DNA of 64,000 bases from Leucoraja ocellata. Taxonomy: Eukaryota. Location of the stretch: assembly GCA_036785375.1 (NCBI GenBank), contig JAWMAR010000050.1:5208001-5272000 (forward strand). The letters are read 5' to 3'. Below the pieces are notes generated by a model. It had not been told where the DNA came from, did no database searches, and saw only the letters and a program-made list of their open reading frames with translations. The position numbers were made by a program, and so were the translations under genes. Below are positions 61,715 to 64,000 of this stretch, piece by piece; position 1 is the first letter of the stretch, and every line of letters starts with the position of its first letter.

Positions 61715-63262
61715 GAGAGATAAAGGGACAGGTGTTTCATCTCTTGCCATTGCAGGAGAAAGTACCTGGGGAGGGGGTGGTTTGGGTGGGATGGGACGAG
61801 TTGACCAGGGAGTTGCGGAGGGAACGGTCACTGCGGAGAGCAGAAAGGGGTGGAGATGGGAAGATGCGGCCAGTAATGGGATCCCATTGGAGGTGGCGAA
61901 AATTTTGGAGGATTATATGCTGTATTCGACCACTGATGGGGTGGAAGGTGAGGACAAGGGGGACTCTGTCTTGTTACGAATGGGGAGAGGGGGAGCAAGA
62001 CCGGAGCTGTGTGATATCGAGGAGACCCTAGTGAGAGCCTCATCTATAATGGAAGAGGGGAACCCCTGTTCCCTAAAGAACGAGGACATCTCCGATGCCC
62101 TGCTATGGAAAACCTCATCCTGGGCGCGGGTTTGTAGGAGATGTCGGTCAATAGTCTGTCTCCTGTGATGGAGACGGTGAGATGTATAAACGGTAGGGAG
62201 ATGTCGGGGATGGTCCAAGTGAATCTGAGTGCAGGATGGAAATTGGTCGTGAAGTTGATGGTCAGTGAGCTCTGCATGTGTGCAGGAGGTAGCACCTACG
62301 CAGTCATCAATGCAGCGGAGGTAGAGTTCGGGGATAGGGCCAGTGTGCGCCTGGAAGAGTGATTGTTCGATGTACCTTAAAAAGAGACAGGCATAGGCAG
62401 GGTCCATGCAATTGCCCATAGCTACGCCTCGGATTTGGAGGAAGTGGGAGGAATCGGAGGAGAAGTTGTTGAGGGTAAGGACCAGGAGGAGAGTATTAGT
62501 AGACAAAAATTGGCTGGTTCTACAATCGAGGAAGAAACAAAGAGCTTTAAGACCTTCCTGGTGGGGGATGGAGGTGTGACTGGACATCCACAGTGAAGAT
62601 GAGGGAATGGGGGCCTGGAAAGTGGAAGTCACTGAAGAGACAAAGAGCATGTGAGGTGTCTTGGACATGGGAAGGGAGGGATTGGCCCAGGGGGGGGGGG
62701 GGGGGGGGGGGGGGGGAATAGGATGGAGTCAAGGTATGCGGAAATTAATTCAGTGGGACATGAACAAGCAGAAACAATGGGTCTGCCAGGATAGGTTCTG
62801 TTTTTGGATTTTAGGGAGAAGATAAAATCGAGCCAGGCAGGGCTGGGGATCATAAGGTTGGATGCTTTCGAGGGCAGAGAGCCGAAAGTGATGAAATCAG
62901 AAATGGGGTGTGATATTAAGGTCTGGTGCTCATCTGTGGGGTCATGGTCCAAGGATAGGTAGGAGGTGCCTGAGAGTTGTCAGCCCGGTGGAGGCCAGCG
63001 TGCCAGACTTCCACGGCACTTCCCTTGTCGGCGGGTTTGATTATGGAAATGAAAAGGTCTAAAGAAGGTAGCGGGCCAAGAGGAGAGAGTCCTTTGGAGA
63101 CGGGAGAAGGGATGATCATTGGGTGGTGAGAACTCCTTCCCATAGAAAAAGGCACGGAGGCGGAGGCGATGGAAGAAGAACTCTGCATCGTGGCGGATCC
63201 GGAATTCGTTGAGGTGGGGGCATAGGGGAACAAAGGTGAGGCTTCTGCTAAGGACATATCTT
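61715..63262 (-). mobile_element. Penelope-like RT region, degenerate
   Basis: IIKPADKGSAV, PGRPIVSACSCPTELISAYLD, LTLNNFS...FLQIRGVAMG..M.PAYACLF and YLRCIDDCVG motifs. Confidence 0.9.
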
Positions 63263-63469
63263 AATCTGTCATGGAGAGAGGACTGCAAGGATTTATAGAC
63301 TGATTATTTTGTGACAACAAGTTTGCTGTAGAGAGATTGAATAGGATATGCCAATATACTTCAGAATTTAGTAAAATAAGTGAAAGTTATGAAATCCTTA
63401 CAGACCTCAAAACGGTGAATGCATAATGATTCCCTTGCTAAAATAGCAGGTACGGTCTCAGGATAAGGC

Positions 63470-64000
63470 ATGTGGTGGCACCACTGAGTGGTGGCGCCAT
63501 CGAGTGTGGCAGCGAAGGGAGAACCTGTTTTTCAGTCGCTACCTGGTCAAGAATGAGTCTTTCCTCCGAGCCGCATCTTCGCCCCCTCCTCGCGGCCTAC
63601 CCTCTGGATTGGCGCGGTCTTTCCTGCCGGAGACCGGCCAGAGCTTCAGCAGTGGCGCAGCACAGAAGTACCATCGCGGAGCGGGCGATGCCTTACTAGG
63701 GTCACCGTATTGGAAGCTTCGGAGTGCTGGGACTGCCGACTCTAACATCGTGGAGCTGTGGTCTGCAGAGCTTCCAGCCGCGGGCGGCGCTGACTTTAAC
63801 ATCGTGGAGCCCTGAGATCTTTCGGTGAGGTCGCCAGCGTTGGAGCTCCGCCCAACTCGGCCTGTGGACTTCGGGAGCCGCGGTCTCCAGTAGGAAGCGG
63901 CCGATTCGGAAACTACAAGCCGCTGAGAGTGTTTTTCCAACGCCGGAGTTCCATCCGCCAGCGGCAACTGCGGAGGCCTCAATAGGCCCCGACCAGGGGT
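63470..64000 (+). mobile_element. GC-rich repeat running off the window
   Basis: Abrupt CpG-rich block with repeated gccgact..aacatcgtggagc units; similar in style to 4146-4877. Confidence 0.5.

Noticed and set aside
59249-64000. CREBRF N-terminal coding exons
   Set aside because: No MPQ/PSVSGM-like exon was seen; the region is repeats, so these exons probably lie beyond the window.

Overview
Vertebrate genomic DNA; the repeat families suggest a cartilaginous fish, probably a skate or ray (inference). Two minus-strand host genes are present. CREBRF contributes six in-phase GT-AG coding exons (59248 down to the stop at 21853) and a probable ~6.3 kb 3'UTR; its first coding exons lie beyond the right edge. 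BNIP1/SEC20 contributes only its first coding exon (2043-1960), which the ORF track misses. The order CREBRF then BNIP1 matches human. Most of the rest is mobile DNA: CR1 and Rex1/Babar LINEs, Penelope elements, V-SINEs, Helitrons, Tc1/mariner, hAT-type and ISL2EU-like transposons, and an internally deleted endogenous retrovirus with a complete 5' LTR and a tRNA-Pro-like PBS. There are three assembly gaps. The best leads are: minimal hammerhead-ribozyme-like cores on Penelope-derived repeats inside CREBRF introns; a 70-bp inside-out foldback; an ERV promoter and splice donor pointing at BNIP1; a 4.85-kb nested transposon; an ancient hAT transposase fossil; and a 3'UTR with many miRNA and Pumilio motifs. 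I cannot establish a wholly new biological system from the sequence alone.
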